Source: an uncultured virus (IMG/VR IMGVR_UViG_3300037743_000227) (Duplodnaviria > Heunggongvirae > Uroviricota > Caudoviricetes). From it: a stretch of DNA of 64,000 bases. Location of the stretch: the IMG/VR virus record IMGVR_UViG_3300037743_000227; one strand, written 5' to 3'. Shown here piece after piece: positions 36,724 to 45,851 of this stretch. The notes under the pieces were generated by a model that made no database searches, was not told the DNA's origin, and saw only the letters and a program-made list of their open reading frames with translations. Made by a program: the position numbers and the translations under genes. Positions within the stretch are counted from its first letter, which is position 1. Every line of letters starts with the position of its first letter.

Positions 36724-37092
36724 ATGGCCCCACAGCAGCCCTTCTCCGCTTGGCTCGCCGAGAAGATGCTCAGGACCGGATACGACCTCAACCGGCACGG
36801 CGAACAAGCGCGCTTCGCCCGCGACGCCGGCCTCAACGACAGCATCGTCTCCCGTCTTCTACGCGGCAGCGCAGACCCTGACATCAGGAGTTGTGCCCCC
36901 ATTGCCCGAGTACTCGGCTGCAAGACCACGCACGTCCTCGCCGCCGCCGGGCTCATCCCCGATTGCGAGGTTGACGTGCCGCCGCGTCCCCTCACCCAGC
37001 ATGAGCATCTCGTCGGCCTCGTCGGAGACGACACCGCCGCACAAGAAGCCGTCATCGTCCTCCTCCGCGCCCTCGGAAAGTGGGCTCCATGA
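36724..37092 (+). CDS. XRE-family HTH regulator
   Basis: QARFARDAGLNDSIVSRLLRGSADP. Confidence 0.8.
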   Translation: MAPQQPFSAWLAEKMLRTGYDLNRHGEQARFARDAGLNDSIVSRLLRGSADPDIRSCAPIARVLGCKTTHVLAAAGLIPDCEVDVPPRPLTQHEHLVGLVGDDTAAQEAVIVLLRALGKWAP

Positions 37093-37345
37093 CTAAGCGA
37101 TGACGACAGACGAAGCGCCCCGCCCTCCTGCTACGGCAGGGGAGCGGGGCGCTGATCGGGTCGGGGCCGGTAAGGCACTTGGCCACGTAGTGATCGAAGA
37201 CGACTGTGAGTTGCTTCGCCAGAGTGTTGTTTCCGCCGGGGTCCTGAGGGTCGTACTCCTCGGCCGCAGCGAGGCGCTGGAGGTAGTCGAAGGGGACACC
37301 CGCCCGCTCTGATGCCTCGCGCAGGGCATCCACATCGTGAGTCAT
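37052..37345 (-). CDS. Hypothetical protein (leaderless start)
   Basis: TACGTT -10-like box 6 nt before the ATG; overlaps the convergent HTH gene. Confidence 0.5.
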   Translation of the reverse strand: MTHDVDALREASERAGVPFDYLQRLAAAEEYDPQDPGGNNTLAKQLTVVFDHYVAKCLTGPDPISAPLPCRSRRAGRFVCRHRLVMEPTFRGRGGGR

Positions 37346-37411
37346 AGAGAGAACGTACCACGGTGACCTGCACTGTTACATCTATGCCAAAAACTGTGTA
37401 CGGTTCTGGGT

Positions 37412-38218
37412 ATGACGACCTCCCGCACCCCCAGCCTCCGGCTGGTCATGCTGCTCCGGGTCTCCACCGCCGGACAACTCGACGGCTACGGGCTCGAGGC
37501 CCAAGAGAAGGACTGCCGGAAGTGGGCGCGCGCCGCCGGGCACCGCATTGTCCGCGTCTGCACCGATGGCGGGATCACCGGGAAGGCAGGCGACGACGAA
37601 CGACCCGGACTGACCGAGGCGCTCCAGATGCTCGCCAACGGAGAGACTGACGGGCTCCTCGCCCCGAACCTCGACCGCATCGCCCGACAGCTCACCCAGC
37701 AAGAAGCCATCCTCTCCGTCGTGTGGGCCCACGGGGCGCGCGCGTTCACCGCAGACCGGGGCGAGCACCTGCCCGACGATGACGACGACCCGATGCGCAC
37801 GTTCGTGCGGCAGGTCATGGGAGCAGCCGCGCAACTCGAGCGCGGGCTCATCGTGAAGCGACTCAAGGGCGGTCGTCGCACCAAGGCGGCGGCCGGCGGG
37901 TACGCGCACGGCGCGCCTGCTTACGGAGAGAAAGCCGTGAACAAGGAACTCACAGTGGACTCCGGCGAAGCGGAAGTTCTCGAGCGGATGCGGGAGTGGG
38001 AGGCCGAAGGTGTGAGCATCCGCGGCATCGCGGCCCGGCTGAACGAGCAGGGTGTCCCGAGCAAGCGCGGCGGCAAATGGCACCCGACCACCGTGGCCCG
38101 GCTGCTCAATCCGCAGGCGCGGGAAGCGGCACGGCGGCAGTCCGAAGCAGCTCGAGCAGCAGAGCGGCAGCAGACCAAGCGCAACCGCGCCGATCGCATG
38201 TTGTCCCGTCTGACCTGA
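37412..38218 (+). CDS. Serine recombinase (resolvase domain plus short recombinase domain)
   Basis: LRVSTAGQ catalytic Ser, RPGL, LDRIAR, AQLERGLI, SIRGIAARLNEQGVPSKRGGKWHPTTV. Confidence 0.92.
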   Translation: MTTSRTPSLRLVMLLRVSTAGQLDGYGLEAQEKDCRKWARAAGHRIVRVCTDGGITGKAGDDERPGLTEALQMLANGETDGLLAPNLDRIARQLTQQEAILSVVWAHGARAFTADRGEHLPDDDDDPMRTFVRQVMGAAAQLERGLIVKRLKGGRRTKAAAGGYAHGAPAYGEKAVNKELTVDSGEAEVLERMREWEAEGVSIRGIAARLNEQGVPSKRGGKWHPTTVARLLNPQAREAARRQSEAARAAERQQTKRNRADRMLSRLT

Positions 38219-38279
38219 CCGCCTCGTGCCACACCGCCCCCACGCCCGCCTCGCATCCGTCGAGGCGGGCGCTCGCGTG

Positions 38280-38591
38280 TCAGCCGGTCTGCTGCTGTTC
38301 GCGCTTCTGCTCCCGCAGTTCGTGGAGGCTGGCGGTGAGGGTGCCCTCCTGCTGCTCGTAGTGGGAGAGGGCGACACCGAGGCCGAAGAGGGTGGGTGCC
38401 CATTCGCCGACGAAGATGCCCCACCGGTCGGCGCGGGCGAGGCCGCGACCCCGCCGGAAGCCTAGCCCGCCGACGGGTTCGGCGGTGAGGCTTACCGCCC
38501 AGGTGGCCACGGACAGGCCGATGCTGCCGATGGCGGCCATGTAGGCGTGTTCGCTGCGTATGCCCATGTCGTGGAGTCGCTTGATGACCAT
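38280..38591 (-). CDS. Small membrane protein
   Basis: MVIKRLHDMG...ADRWGIFVGEWAPTLFGLGVAL, two hydrophobic segments. Confidence 0.75.
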   Translation of the reverse strand: MVIKRLHDMGIRSEHAYMAAIGSIGLSVATWAVSLTAEPVGGLGFRRGRGLARADRWGIFVGEWAPTLFGLGVALSHYEQQEGTLTASLHELREQKREQQQTG

Positions 38592-38773
38592 GATGGTGCT
38601 CCGATCGATTTGGGTGGATTTCCGGACGAAGTACCCGAAACCGGGGCGCCTACCCATGACTCTGACCTCACCCGCGTTGTCACCACCCGTCCGTAGACTG
38701 GCCGCATCATCCGCGTCTGCTGGCTGCGACACACACGCCCCGCCCCCTGGGGCAAGGGCGGGGCGCTCGACTG

Positions 38774-38974
38774 TCAGGCCGCCTTCACGATCTCCCCGCG
38801 CTCGGTTGCCGTGGCGACCGCCCACTCGGCGACCAGCAACTCGTACCGCTGCCGTGTCTCCCCGTACAGCCAGCCGCCCGCATCCTCAACCAGCGCCCGG
38901 ATCTCCGCGTTCACCACGGCAGCCGGGCGTCCGGACGGGCGCACAGAGCTGTCAGACAGGGGAATGGGGGGCAT
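38774..38974 (-). CDS. Small hypothetical protein
   Basis: AAVVNAEIRAL...RYELLVAEW; followed by a GC hairpin at about 38736-38766. Confidence 0.65.
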   Translation of the reverse strand: MPPIPLSDSSVRPSGRPAAVVNAEIRALVEDAGGWLYGETRQRYELLVAEWAVATATERGEIVKAA

Positions 38975-39007
38975 GCGGGCCAGTCTAGGCGGCGGGTCTG
39001 ACAGCGG

Positions 39008-39265
39008 TCAGCCCTCGGCGGGCGCCCGCTTGCTGGGGTCAACGACGTACAGCCCCATGCCTCGGACGGACTCGATGAGCCCTTCATCCTTCAGCAGCTT
39101 GGTCGCTTTGCGGAGGGTGTCGCGGGCCACCTCGTACTCCTGCTCCATCTCAACAGTGGAGGGGATACGCCGACCTGGGGGAATCGTGCCGTCCTCGATC
39201 TTCCGCCGGATGTCTGCGGCGATCTGGAGGTACGGGGGTACGGGCCCCTCCCGGTCGATGATCAT
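39008..39265 (-). CDS. GntR-family wHTH regulator (DNA-binding domain only)
   Basis: PYLQIAADIRRKI...PGRRIPS...GMGLYV. Confidence 0.9.
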   Translation of the reverse strand: MIIDREGPVPPYLQIAADIRRKIEDGTIPPGRRIPSTVEMEQEYEVARDTLRKATKLLKDEGLIESVRGMGLYVVDPSKRAPAEG

Positions 39266-39385
39266 GCTCGGACGCTAGTCCGCCACCCACGGCCCGCCAT
39301 AGCTACCCCCGGGGGTGGTATGGGGTAGTAAGGTCCAATGGCGTAACCAAGAACCCCCGCGACCGCTGCACCGCGGCCCGGGGGC

Positions 39386-39646
39386 GTGGCCGACGAGAGG
39401 ACCGTCGACGTGGACGAGCGTAGAGACCCGCCACCCGAGCCGGGAAGCGGCCCGCCAGTCATAGCGTCCGTCGCCAAGCTCAGCCCCATACAGCAGGCAT
39501 GGAGCGACTACGTCGACCACGGCCTGAAGTGCCCGAAGTGCCGGACCCTAGATGCTGGGCCCTGCGGCGAGGCAGAGCGCCTCCACAGCGCCTTCCAGGC
39601 GGCGGGCGACACGGCATTCGAGCGGCTGGCCGACGAGACACCGTAG
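39386..39646 (+). CDS. Small Cys/His protein
   Basis: HGLKCPKC...C; divergent from the GntR gene. Confidence 0.65.
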   Translation: MADERTVDVDERRDPPPEPGSGPPVIASVAKLSPIQQAWSDYVDHGLKCPKCRTLDAGPCGEAERLHSAFQAAGDTAFERLADETP

Positions 39647-39839
39647 CCACCGCCCGTCGCCCGGACCCCCGCGGCGGGACGGGTTACCGGCAAGAACGTT
39701 TGACCAAGACCCCACCTGCGGTTACGGAAACACACGGGGCGCAAACGGAACGTCAATGAATGTGCAGGGGGCACACTTCACAGATCAACAAAACTGGGCT
39801 TTACTCTCACGTACCTCTCGGCCCAGACCCCGCCGAGCC

Positions 39840-40472
39840 CTAAGGGCCAAGGCGCCGCAGTGGCCCTACCCGCACCAGCCAGCGGTCCACCGGGAGGACC
39901 AGATCAGAAGTCTCCAGCGGGCGCCCCGCATCATCGAACCGAGTCCGCACCAGCCGGTACGCAACCATGTCCACGAGCAGCCCCAGGGCATGCGCCTGGT
40001 CCGTGCTCAGCGGTGCCAGACCAAGCTCGGCAACATACGAGGCGTGCGACCGGCGCCGGCCACGCCACCACGTACTGATGAGCATCGCGGAACGCCCGCC
40101 CGGGTCGAGGCATTCGATGCTCTCGTGCTGCAAGGTGGTGCCGACGCGGACACGCAGGCGCTCAGCGAGCTCCGGGGTGGCGGGCCGCGGGCTGGTATCC
40201 GTGGTCTCGCTCGAGAACGGCCACTCGGCGTCGGCGTCCGTGAGGGTGCGCATAGCAGGAGGATGCGCGACCGTGACCTGCTTGCGCTCTTCCCCTTCAA
40301 GGATTCCCGTCCTGCGGAGCAGGGAGTAGGCGAGGTTCATCGTCTCGTGATGCACGCCGTACTCGGCGGCAAGCCGACGCCGGGAGGGGAGGGGCTCGCC
40401 GGGAGCCCATTCGCCGCGGTCGATGCGGCTGCGGATGTCAGCGGCGACGCGGCGGTGGCGCGCTTCTGCCAT
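39840..40472 (-). CDS. GntR-family regulator with degenerate UTRA-like C-terminus
   Basis: VAADIRSRIDRGEWAPGEPLPSRRRLAAEYGV...RTRFDDAGRPLE. Confidence 0.85.
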   Translation of the reverse strand: MAEARHRRVAADIRSRIDRGEWAPGEPLPSRRRLAAEYGVHHETMNLAYSLLRRTGILEGEERKQVTVAHPPAMRTLTDADAEWPFSSETTDTSPRPATPELAERLRVRVGTTLQHESIECLDPGGRSAMLISTWWRGRRRSHASYVAELGLAPLSTDQAHALGLLVDMVAYRLVRTRFDDAGRPLETSDLVLPVDRWLVRVGPLRRLGP

Positions 40473-40563
40473 CGAGACCCCTGGCGTTGATCATGACGTG
40501 AGGTCTGAAGCTACGAAGCACGCCGACTGCTGGTTACAACCAGAGGTTGCTGACTGCCCGGCA

Positions 40564-40825
40564 GGCGCCGGAGGAGAAAGGTTTCGGTGTCGCGGGGTTC
40601 AGGTCTCCGAGGCGCCGATTGGCCCACCGTGCGGCTGCGTACCCCTTTGGCGGTCGCGCGGTGGGTCGCTGCGCGGACCCGGCAACTTCTGCCAGGTATC
40701 CACCCGAACGAGTGAACTCGTGCCCGTTATTGACCGGCCAGACGCTCGTTGAGCACATAAGCCGGAGCCGGAGTCGGTCCCCATACCCCCAAGGTGTGTA
40801 AGACGACTCCGGCTCCGGTCTTTCT
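40564..40825 (+). ncRNA. Candidate structured non-coding RNA
   Basis: Several stems with G-U pairs that only work on the + strand, ending in a 15-bp hairpin plus TCTTTCT. Confidence 0.45.
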
Positions 40826-40868
40826 ATTACGCGGCATGCGGGGCCCAGACTCACCCCCCGCGACCAAA

Positions 40869-41104
40869 TGGGAGAAGGGTGGGAGATGATCAACGCGAGC
40901 AGGTGCAAGGATGCGCTAGAACTCGCGAGAACCTGCTATCTCGATTCGCGGTCGTTCGAGGTCAAAGCGCTGATCTGCAGGCCAGGACGCGGGCTCCGTC
41001 ACCTGGGGCGTGATGAACCTGATGAACGCCCCTATACCTCTGGCAACCCGCTGAACTGCGGCGCAGGGCCCGCCAGTTCCCCGTCTGGGAGAAGTTTGGG
41101 AAGT
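40869..41104. other. Putative attP with paired arm-type sites
   Basis: TGGGAGAAGGG-TGGGAGA (40869) and TGGGAGAAGTT-TGGGAAG (41086), both with 11-bp period, around the 3' end of int. Confidence 0.55.
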
Positions 41105-42396
41105 GGTGGCGTCCACACACCGCGCGCCAGCAACTTCTCCCACACGCCTTGCAGGTACTCGACGATACGCTCCTCCATCGCCTGGGTCACCATGCTGTAG
41201 ACGCCCTCGATGCCGGGCAGTTCGTGTCCCAGCCGGGCCTCCTTCGCCACCCGCGCGATGTCCGCCCCGGGCTCGTCCAGCAGCTCCCGGTGCCAGTGCC
41301 GCAGCCGGTACAGATCCTGCCCCGCCATCGCCTCAACCGCAGGCAGCTTCGGCCGGGCGAACCTCTCCCAGCCCTTTCGCGGATTGAGCTCGTCGCGCCC
41401 ATCCCGGATCGGATGCCAGTAATCCCGCGCGAATTGTGTGCCCAGCAGCGCCTTACCCGCCTTCGACGGAAACACCCACGGCTTGGCATGGGAGGCCAGC
41501 AGTGCCGTATGCATCTCGTGTAGGAAGGGCGGCACGACGAGTGTGCGGTGCGAGTCGTATTTTGGGGCGGCCAGAGTCGGCGCGCTGTCCACGTAGTACA
41601 GCTGGTACTGCACGCGCAGCGCATGCATGTCCTTGTAGCGCTCGACGGCTTCCTCGCGCCGCTCCGGGGCAGGGTCGGCGGCCGGCCAGCAGGCGGACGC
41701 GTAGCCGCGCTGAAGCCCGTACATCTCGCCAGGCGGGCGCATCGCAGTGAAGGCCACGGTCCAGATGTAGGTCCAGCCGGTGAAGCCCCACACCTCGTAG
41801 GCATTCGAGGCGAGCTGGTGCACGACCTCGATGGGCATGATGCGCTTGACCCGTCGGGTCTGCTTCTTCTCGTACCGGCCGCGGCGCCGCTGCTCGATGA
41901 CGGGAGACTCGGTGCGCATCTTGTACTTGAGGATCGCGTCGTCCATCAGCATCCGGAACAGGCCGAGCAGTTGGCCGGCGTAGTTGTCTGAATAGGCGGT
42001 ACGGACCCGCTTCTTCCACAGGTCGTATTCCAGGGCGGTGATGTCGCCGACGGGCCGCTGGCCCCAGTGCGGGACGATGACGGACCGGAGCATGGATCCG
42101 TAGGTGCGCTGCGAGTTGGGCCTCAGGTCGGCTGCCTCGTACCACAGCCAGCAGTACGTCTCCATGAGCGTCTGGGCCGAGGTGCGCGGGATGGCCTTGC
42201 CGTGACGGACCTCGTACTCACGGTCGAGACCGTACTTGCGGGCCTCATCCTCGTCCTGGAACGGCACGCCCGGTTCGGGCCCGGAGGCGGACTCGTAGCG
42301 CTTCGTCTTGGTGGGCTTGCCATCGTCACCGAGTTTGTACTCGCCGCCCCACCACTTGACGCGGATGCTGTTGCCGCGCACCTCGACGTAAGGCAT
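41032..42396 (-). CDS. int: Tyrosine integrase
   Basis: AFTAMRPPGE (R), APKYDSHR (K), LYRLRH, ARLGH...EGVY. Confidence 0.9.
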   Translation of the reverse strand: MPYVEVRGNSIRVKWWGGEYKLGDDGKPTKTKRYESASGPEPGVPFQDEDEARKYGLDREYEVRHGKAIPRTSAQTLMETYCWLWYEAADLRPNSQRTYGSMLRSVIVPHWGQRPVGDITALEYDLWKKRVRTAYSDNYAGQLLGLFRMLMDDAILKYKMRTESPVIEQRRRGRYEKKQTRRVKRIMPIEVVHQLASNAYEVWGFTGWTYIWTVAFTAMRPPGEMYGLQRGYASACWPAADPAPERREEAVERYKDMHALRVQYQLYYVDSAPTLAAPKYDSHRTLVVPPFLHEMHTALLASHAKPWVFPSKAGKALLGTQFARDYWHPIRDGRDELNPRKGWERFARPKLPAVEAMAGQDLYRLRHWHRELLDEPGADIARVAKEARLGHELPGIEGVYSMVTQAMEERIVEYLQGVWEKLLARGVWTPPLPKLLPDGELAGPAPQFSGLPEV

Positions 42397-42468
42397 TGCG
42401 TCCCCCTCGAGTGCTGGGCGCGGTAGTCCGGCAGGTACCCCTACCGCCAGGACTCCGCAGCCGACTGT

Positions 42469-42669
42469 TCAGGCACCGTCTCCCAGGGTGCAGTTCCGGC
42501 ACGTGATGCAGTCGCCTCCTCCGCGCTTCACGATCTCACGCATGGAGCGACGCCCTTCGGCGTCCTTCGCGATCTCGGGAGGCGCCACACAAACCATTCT
42601 CCCATCTACGGCCCCGGCCCATCCTGCGAACTTCGGGCCAAGGTCGGCTATGAGCAGAGTGCTCTGCAC
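42469..42669 (-). CDS. Small CxxCxxC protein
   Basis: AAAGGGGGA RBS; lies between repressor and int. Confidence 0.65.
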   Translation of the reverse strand: MQSTLLIADLGPKFAGWAGAVDGRMVCVAPPEIAKDAEGRRSMREIVKRGGGDCITCRNCTLGDGA

Positions 42670-42831
42670 AACGAGTTCCCCCTTTCGGGACTACGGGGAA
42701 CCCCCAAGGTGATGTCGAAACTCTGCCACGTTCAGGGCCTGTTGGGACCAGATGGGACCAAAGTGTTGTGTCGGTATCTGGTAACAAAGCTGTGAAAGCA
42801 AATGGTTGTACGGCTTTCGGGTGAACTTCGG

Positions 42832-43248
42832 CTAGATCACGCCACGTTCGCGCAGCTCCTTCAGTACGCGGTCGTTCAGCTCGAGGATCTCATCGCCCGT
42901 CAGTGAGCCCTTGGTTGCGATGGCTGCGGACGTGACGGCGTCGCCCACGGCTCGCTCAAGGACTGACTTCGGGATCTCGGCGACGCGCACATCCGAGCCC
43001 GGCTCGATCGGCTCGTTGATGATCGGCTCGTCGCCGTCGAGGATGCGTTGGCAACTGCGGGGCGCCCACTGCAGCGCCTTCTCGATGCCCGTGTATGAGG
43101 TCGCCCTGACGTTCAGGCCTGCCTCGACGCGCTTCCAGGTGTCCTTGCTCATTTCGGCAAGCTTGGCGGCCGGCTCGATGCCGAGCCGGAGCTGGGTGCG
43201 GCGCTGCTGTACGCGCGCCGCCAGGCGCTCAAGGTCAGGTGTGCCCAT
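42832..43248 (-). CDS. Immunity repressor (XRE HTH)
   Basis: RRTQLRLGIEPAAKLAEMSKDTWKRVEAG; divergent from the Cro-like gene; probably leaderless. Confidence 0.85.
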   Translation of the reverse strand: MGTPDLERLAARVQQRRTQLRLGIEPAAKLAEMSKDTWKRVEAGLNVRATSYTGIEKALQWAPRSCQRILDGDEPIINEPIEPGSDVRVAEIPKSVLERAVGDAVTSAAIATKGSLTGDEILELNDRVLKELRERGVI

Positions 43249-43403
43249 GGGGACATCTTGGCAGGACCCGCTAGGACCAGCCAGGACTGGGAGCAATCAG
43301 TCCGGATAGTGGTGGGTTGGTTGCTCAAAGTGAGCGAGTCGCGAGGGTCTAGTGAGGCTGAGGCCGACGGTTCACCGTGCGTAGATACGCAAGAACCGGC
43401 TAA

Positions 43404-43439
43404 TAGCCGCTAGACATAGCCGCTAACTCCCGCTAGGTT
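43404..43439 (+). promoter_or_regulatory. Early promoter with operator repeats
   Basis: TAGACA (43411), 17 nt, TAGGTT (43434), 6 nt before the ATG; TAGCCGCTA at 43404 and 43417. Confidence 0.65.
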
Positions 43440-43445
43440 CAGGGC

Positions 43446-43700
43446 ATGGAACAACCCCCTCCCACCTACCAGGTGAAAGGGGCGGAAATCCGCAAGCTCC
43501 GCATGCAGGCAGGGCTGAGCACCGACGAGCTGGCACAGAAGGCGCTCATCAGCAGGCGCTACCTCAACCACCTCGAAAACGGATACCGCACCCGCATGAG
43601 ACCCGGTCCCTATCAGCGGCTCCGCACTGCGCTCGGCCTGCCGGCCGACTCCACGCAACTCCTTCGAACGCCCCCACACGACCCCCCAGAGAAGAGGTGA
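43446..43700 (+). CDS. Cro-like XRE regulator
   Basis: IRKLRMQAGLSTDELAQKALISRRYLNHLENG. Confidence 0.88.
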   Translation: MEQPPPTYQVKGAEIRKLRMQAGLSTDELAQKALISRRYLNHLENGYRTRMRPGPYQRLRTALGLPADSTQLLRTPPHDPPEKR

Positions 43701-43701
43701 C

Positions 43702-44055
43702 ATGTCCCCCCGCAAGCCCACCCCCACTCCCGAGGGCTTCTACAACGTCAACCGGGCTGTCGTCCGGCTCGGACTCGCCAAGGACGAGGACGACACGACC
43801 GGGCGCCGTTGGCTCCGTGACGGCGCCAACCGCAAGCCCGGCGACAAGCGAGGCAAGCCGTTCCCCCACAGCCGCCTCAACGGACAGCTCGTCTTCAGCG
43901 AATCCGACCTCGCCGAGATCTACGCCATGCACCGCAACGCCCCGACCCGACGCGGTCGAGCCCGCGGCACACGGATAACCCGCAAGTCGCCGGCGTCGCA
44001 CACCGCCGACGTAGAGGCCTCGAGCGACCAGGTCGAGCTCCAGGCCGCCGCCTAG
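43702..44055 (+). CDS. Excisionase-like DNA-binding protein
   Basis: RWLRDG...FPHSRLNGQLVFSESDLAEI winged-helix pattern; follows cro. Confidence 0.6.
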   Translation: MSPRKPTPTPEGFYNVNRAVVRLGLAKDEDDTTGRRWLRDGANRKPGDKRGKPFPHSRLNGQLVFSESDLAEIYAMHRNAPTRRGRARGTRITRKSPASHTADVEASSDQVELQAAA

Positions 44056-44160
44056 TCGGCGAAAAGCCCCAACCGCCGGTCGACACACCGGCAGCCGGGG
44101 CTCCGCGGCCCGAGAGCCGCGCGATCCACCCCTAGAACCCTGAAGAAACAGGAGTGAACC

Positions 44161-44451
44161 GTGAGTTCATCATCCCAGAACCCTGATCGTGACCCCACCC
44201 GCCGCGAAGAGCTGCTGTTCATCCTCCGCCATGGCGGCGCAGCGACCGACGGGATCGCCAACCGAGCGGTCGACATGTTCGCCGGCGAGATCGCCGCCGA
44301 GCGTCACGCGCTTCAGGCCCGCCTGGACCGTGTGATGGACATCTGCGACGAGGCGGAGCGCGCCGGGATCTCCTCGGGCGGCTCGTTCACTGTCCGCCGC
44401 GTCCACGCCGCCGCTCTCGGCGACGACGTCCGCAAGGACGGTGCCTCATGA
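44161..44451 (+). CDS. Hypothetical early protein
   Basis: AGGAG RBS; coupled to the next gene. Confidence 0.7.
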   Translation: MSSSSQNPDRDPTRREELLFILRHGGAATDGIANRAVDMFAGEIAAERHALQARLDRVMDICDEAERAGISSGGSFTVRRVHAAALGDDVRKDGAS

Positions 44452-44717
44452 TCCCGGAGCCGCTCACCCCGTTCGACGAGATCACGTCCCGCATTCCGAT
44501 GCTGTCCCCGTTCCAGGCTCTGTGGAATGAGGCGGAGGAGATGCTCCGCGAGACGCGCCCTGACGGTTTCGAGGTCGAGGAGATCGGCCGGATCGCGTTC
44601 GAGGAGCTGCCTGCCGCGGAGAAGGCCGCCGCGTTGGACGAGCTGTTCTACACGTACTGGACGGGGACGCTCGCCGACCGCGAAACCCACGCCATGTGGG
44701 ACGGGGGTGCGGCATGA
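44448..44717 (+). CDS. Hypothetical early protein
   Basis: ATGA overlaps. Confidence 0.7.
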   Translation: MIPEPLTPFDEITSRIPMLSPFQALWNEAEEMLRETRPDGFEVEEIGRIAFEELPAAEKAAALDELFYTYWTGTLADRETHAMWDGGAA

Positions 44718-45301
44718 AGTGCGTCGAGCGGAACCCCGAGTCCAGCTACCAGGAGTGCGAGCTTGAGCTCGACCACTCTGGCAGCCACAGGTACCTGAGC
44801 ACGAAGTGGTCCCGCCCTGAGCCTGCCGAGCCAGACTGGGATGTGCAGGAGCTGCTCGACACCACGCTGCCCCGGAACGCATACGGGGTCGAGGAGCGCA
44901 GCTTCCCGATCGTCGTCGTAGAGACCGTCACCCGCGTCATCTGGGTGGAGGCGGAGACCGAGGATCAGGCGCTCGCCTACTGGGGCGACGACCCTACCGA
45001 CCTTTCGCTCGACGGTTCCGAGGTGCTGGACGGATCCCTGGAGTTCGAGCGGCCGGACAAGTGGCAGCGGCAGGCCGCCTTCCAGGCGAATCGCTTCCAG
45101 TCGAAGATCGGCCCGCTGGTGCTGTGCCCGGGATGCGGCGCGGAAGCCTTCCGCCGCAACTGGATCCACGCCCCGTACCGCAAATGCCACGGGCCGATCG
45201 AGTGGCGCGAGTCGCAGTCGTCGAACCCGCGGTTCCGGTGGCGCCGCGAGTTCCGGTCCACGCCGGTGTACGACGCCGACCGTCAGGCGGTGTCCTCATG
45301 A
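44714..45301 (+). CDS. Hypothetical early protein (Cys/His motifs)
   Basis: ATGA overlaps. Confidence 0.7.
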   Translation: MKCVERNPESSYQECELELDHSGSHRYLSTKWSRPEPAEPDWDVQELLDTTLPRNAYGVEERSFPIVVVETVTRVIWVEAETEDQALAYWGDDPTDLSLDGSEVLDGSLEFERPDKWQRQAAFQANRFQSKIGPLVLCPGCGAEAFRRNWIHAPYRKCHGPIEWRESQSSNPRFRWRREFRSTPVYDADRQAVSS

Positions 45302-45669
45302 CCGCCTTCGACCCCCGCGTGGCCGCCGCGATTGCCGAGTCAGGCATCCCGATGTCGGCGGACCTCGCCCAGGAAGCTGGGCGGGAGCGCGCCGAGGCTG
45401 CGGCCATTCTCGACCGGGCTGCCGACCACATCCGCCAGTTCGGATTGGACGAGGACCGCCACGTGATCGGGGCAATCGCCACAGTGGCCTACGGCGATCC
45501 GGCGGCCCCTATCTCCGCTCGGGGCGGCGCACCGGATCGTGCCCGGACCCACCTGTTCTGGCATTTGGGTGTGCCTGCGTTCGCCAACTCGCTGGCACCC
45601 ACGGCTGGCGACGCGGAGAGGGTGCTTCGCGATGCGGCGGCCGCCCTGCGATCGGAGGCCGCGTCGTGA
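45298..45669 (+). CDS. Hypothetical early protein
   Basis: ATGA/GTGA overlaps. Confidence 0.65.
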   Translation: MTAFDPRVAAAIAESGIPMSADLAQEAGRERAEAAAILDRAADHIRQFGLDEDRHVIGAIATVAYGDPAAPISARGGAPDRARTHLFWHLGVPAFANSLAPTAGDAERVLRDAAAALRSEAAS

Positions 45670-45851
45670 AGCCGTTCCAGTCTCCCGCCCCGCACATCAG
45701 CCGTGCGGACGTGCCGCTGTCGACGCTGCAGTCCGACCTGCGCCGCCTGATCGCCAAGCAGCGCGCCGACGTGGCAGCCGACCGCCTCAAGCAGCTCCTC
45801 GGCCCCAGCGCCGAAGCCGTCGACACCAACCAGCCCGGAGGCACCTCGTGA
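45666..45851 (+). CDS. Hypothetical early protein
   Basis: GGAGG RBS, GTGA overlaps. Confidence 0.6.
   Translation: MKPFQSPAPHISRADVPLSTLQSDLRRLIAKQRADVAADRLKQLLGPSAEAVDTNQPGGTS

Noticed and set aside
40473..41031. tRNA gene or tRNA-derived att core near the integrase
   Set aside because: No cloverleaf with T-loop, acceptor stem and CCA could be built by eye; tRNAscan/ARAGORN would settle it.
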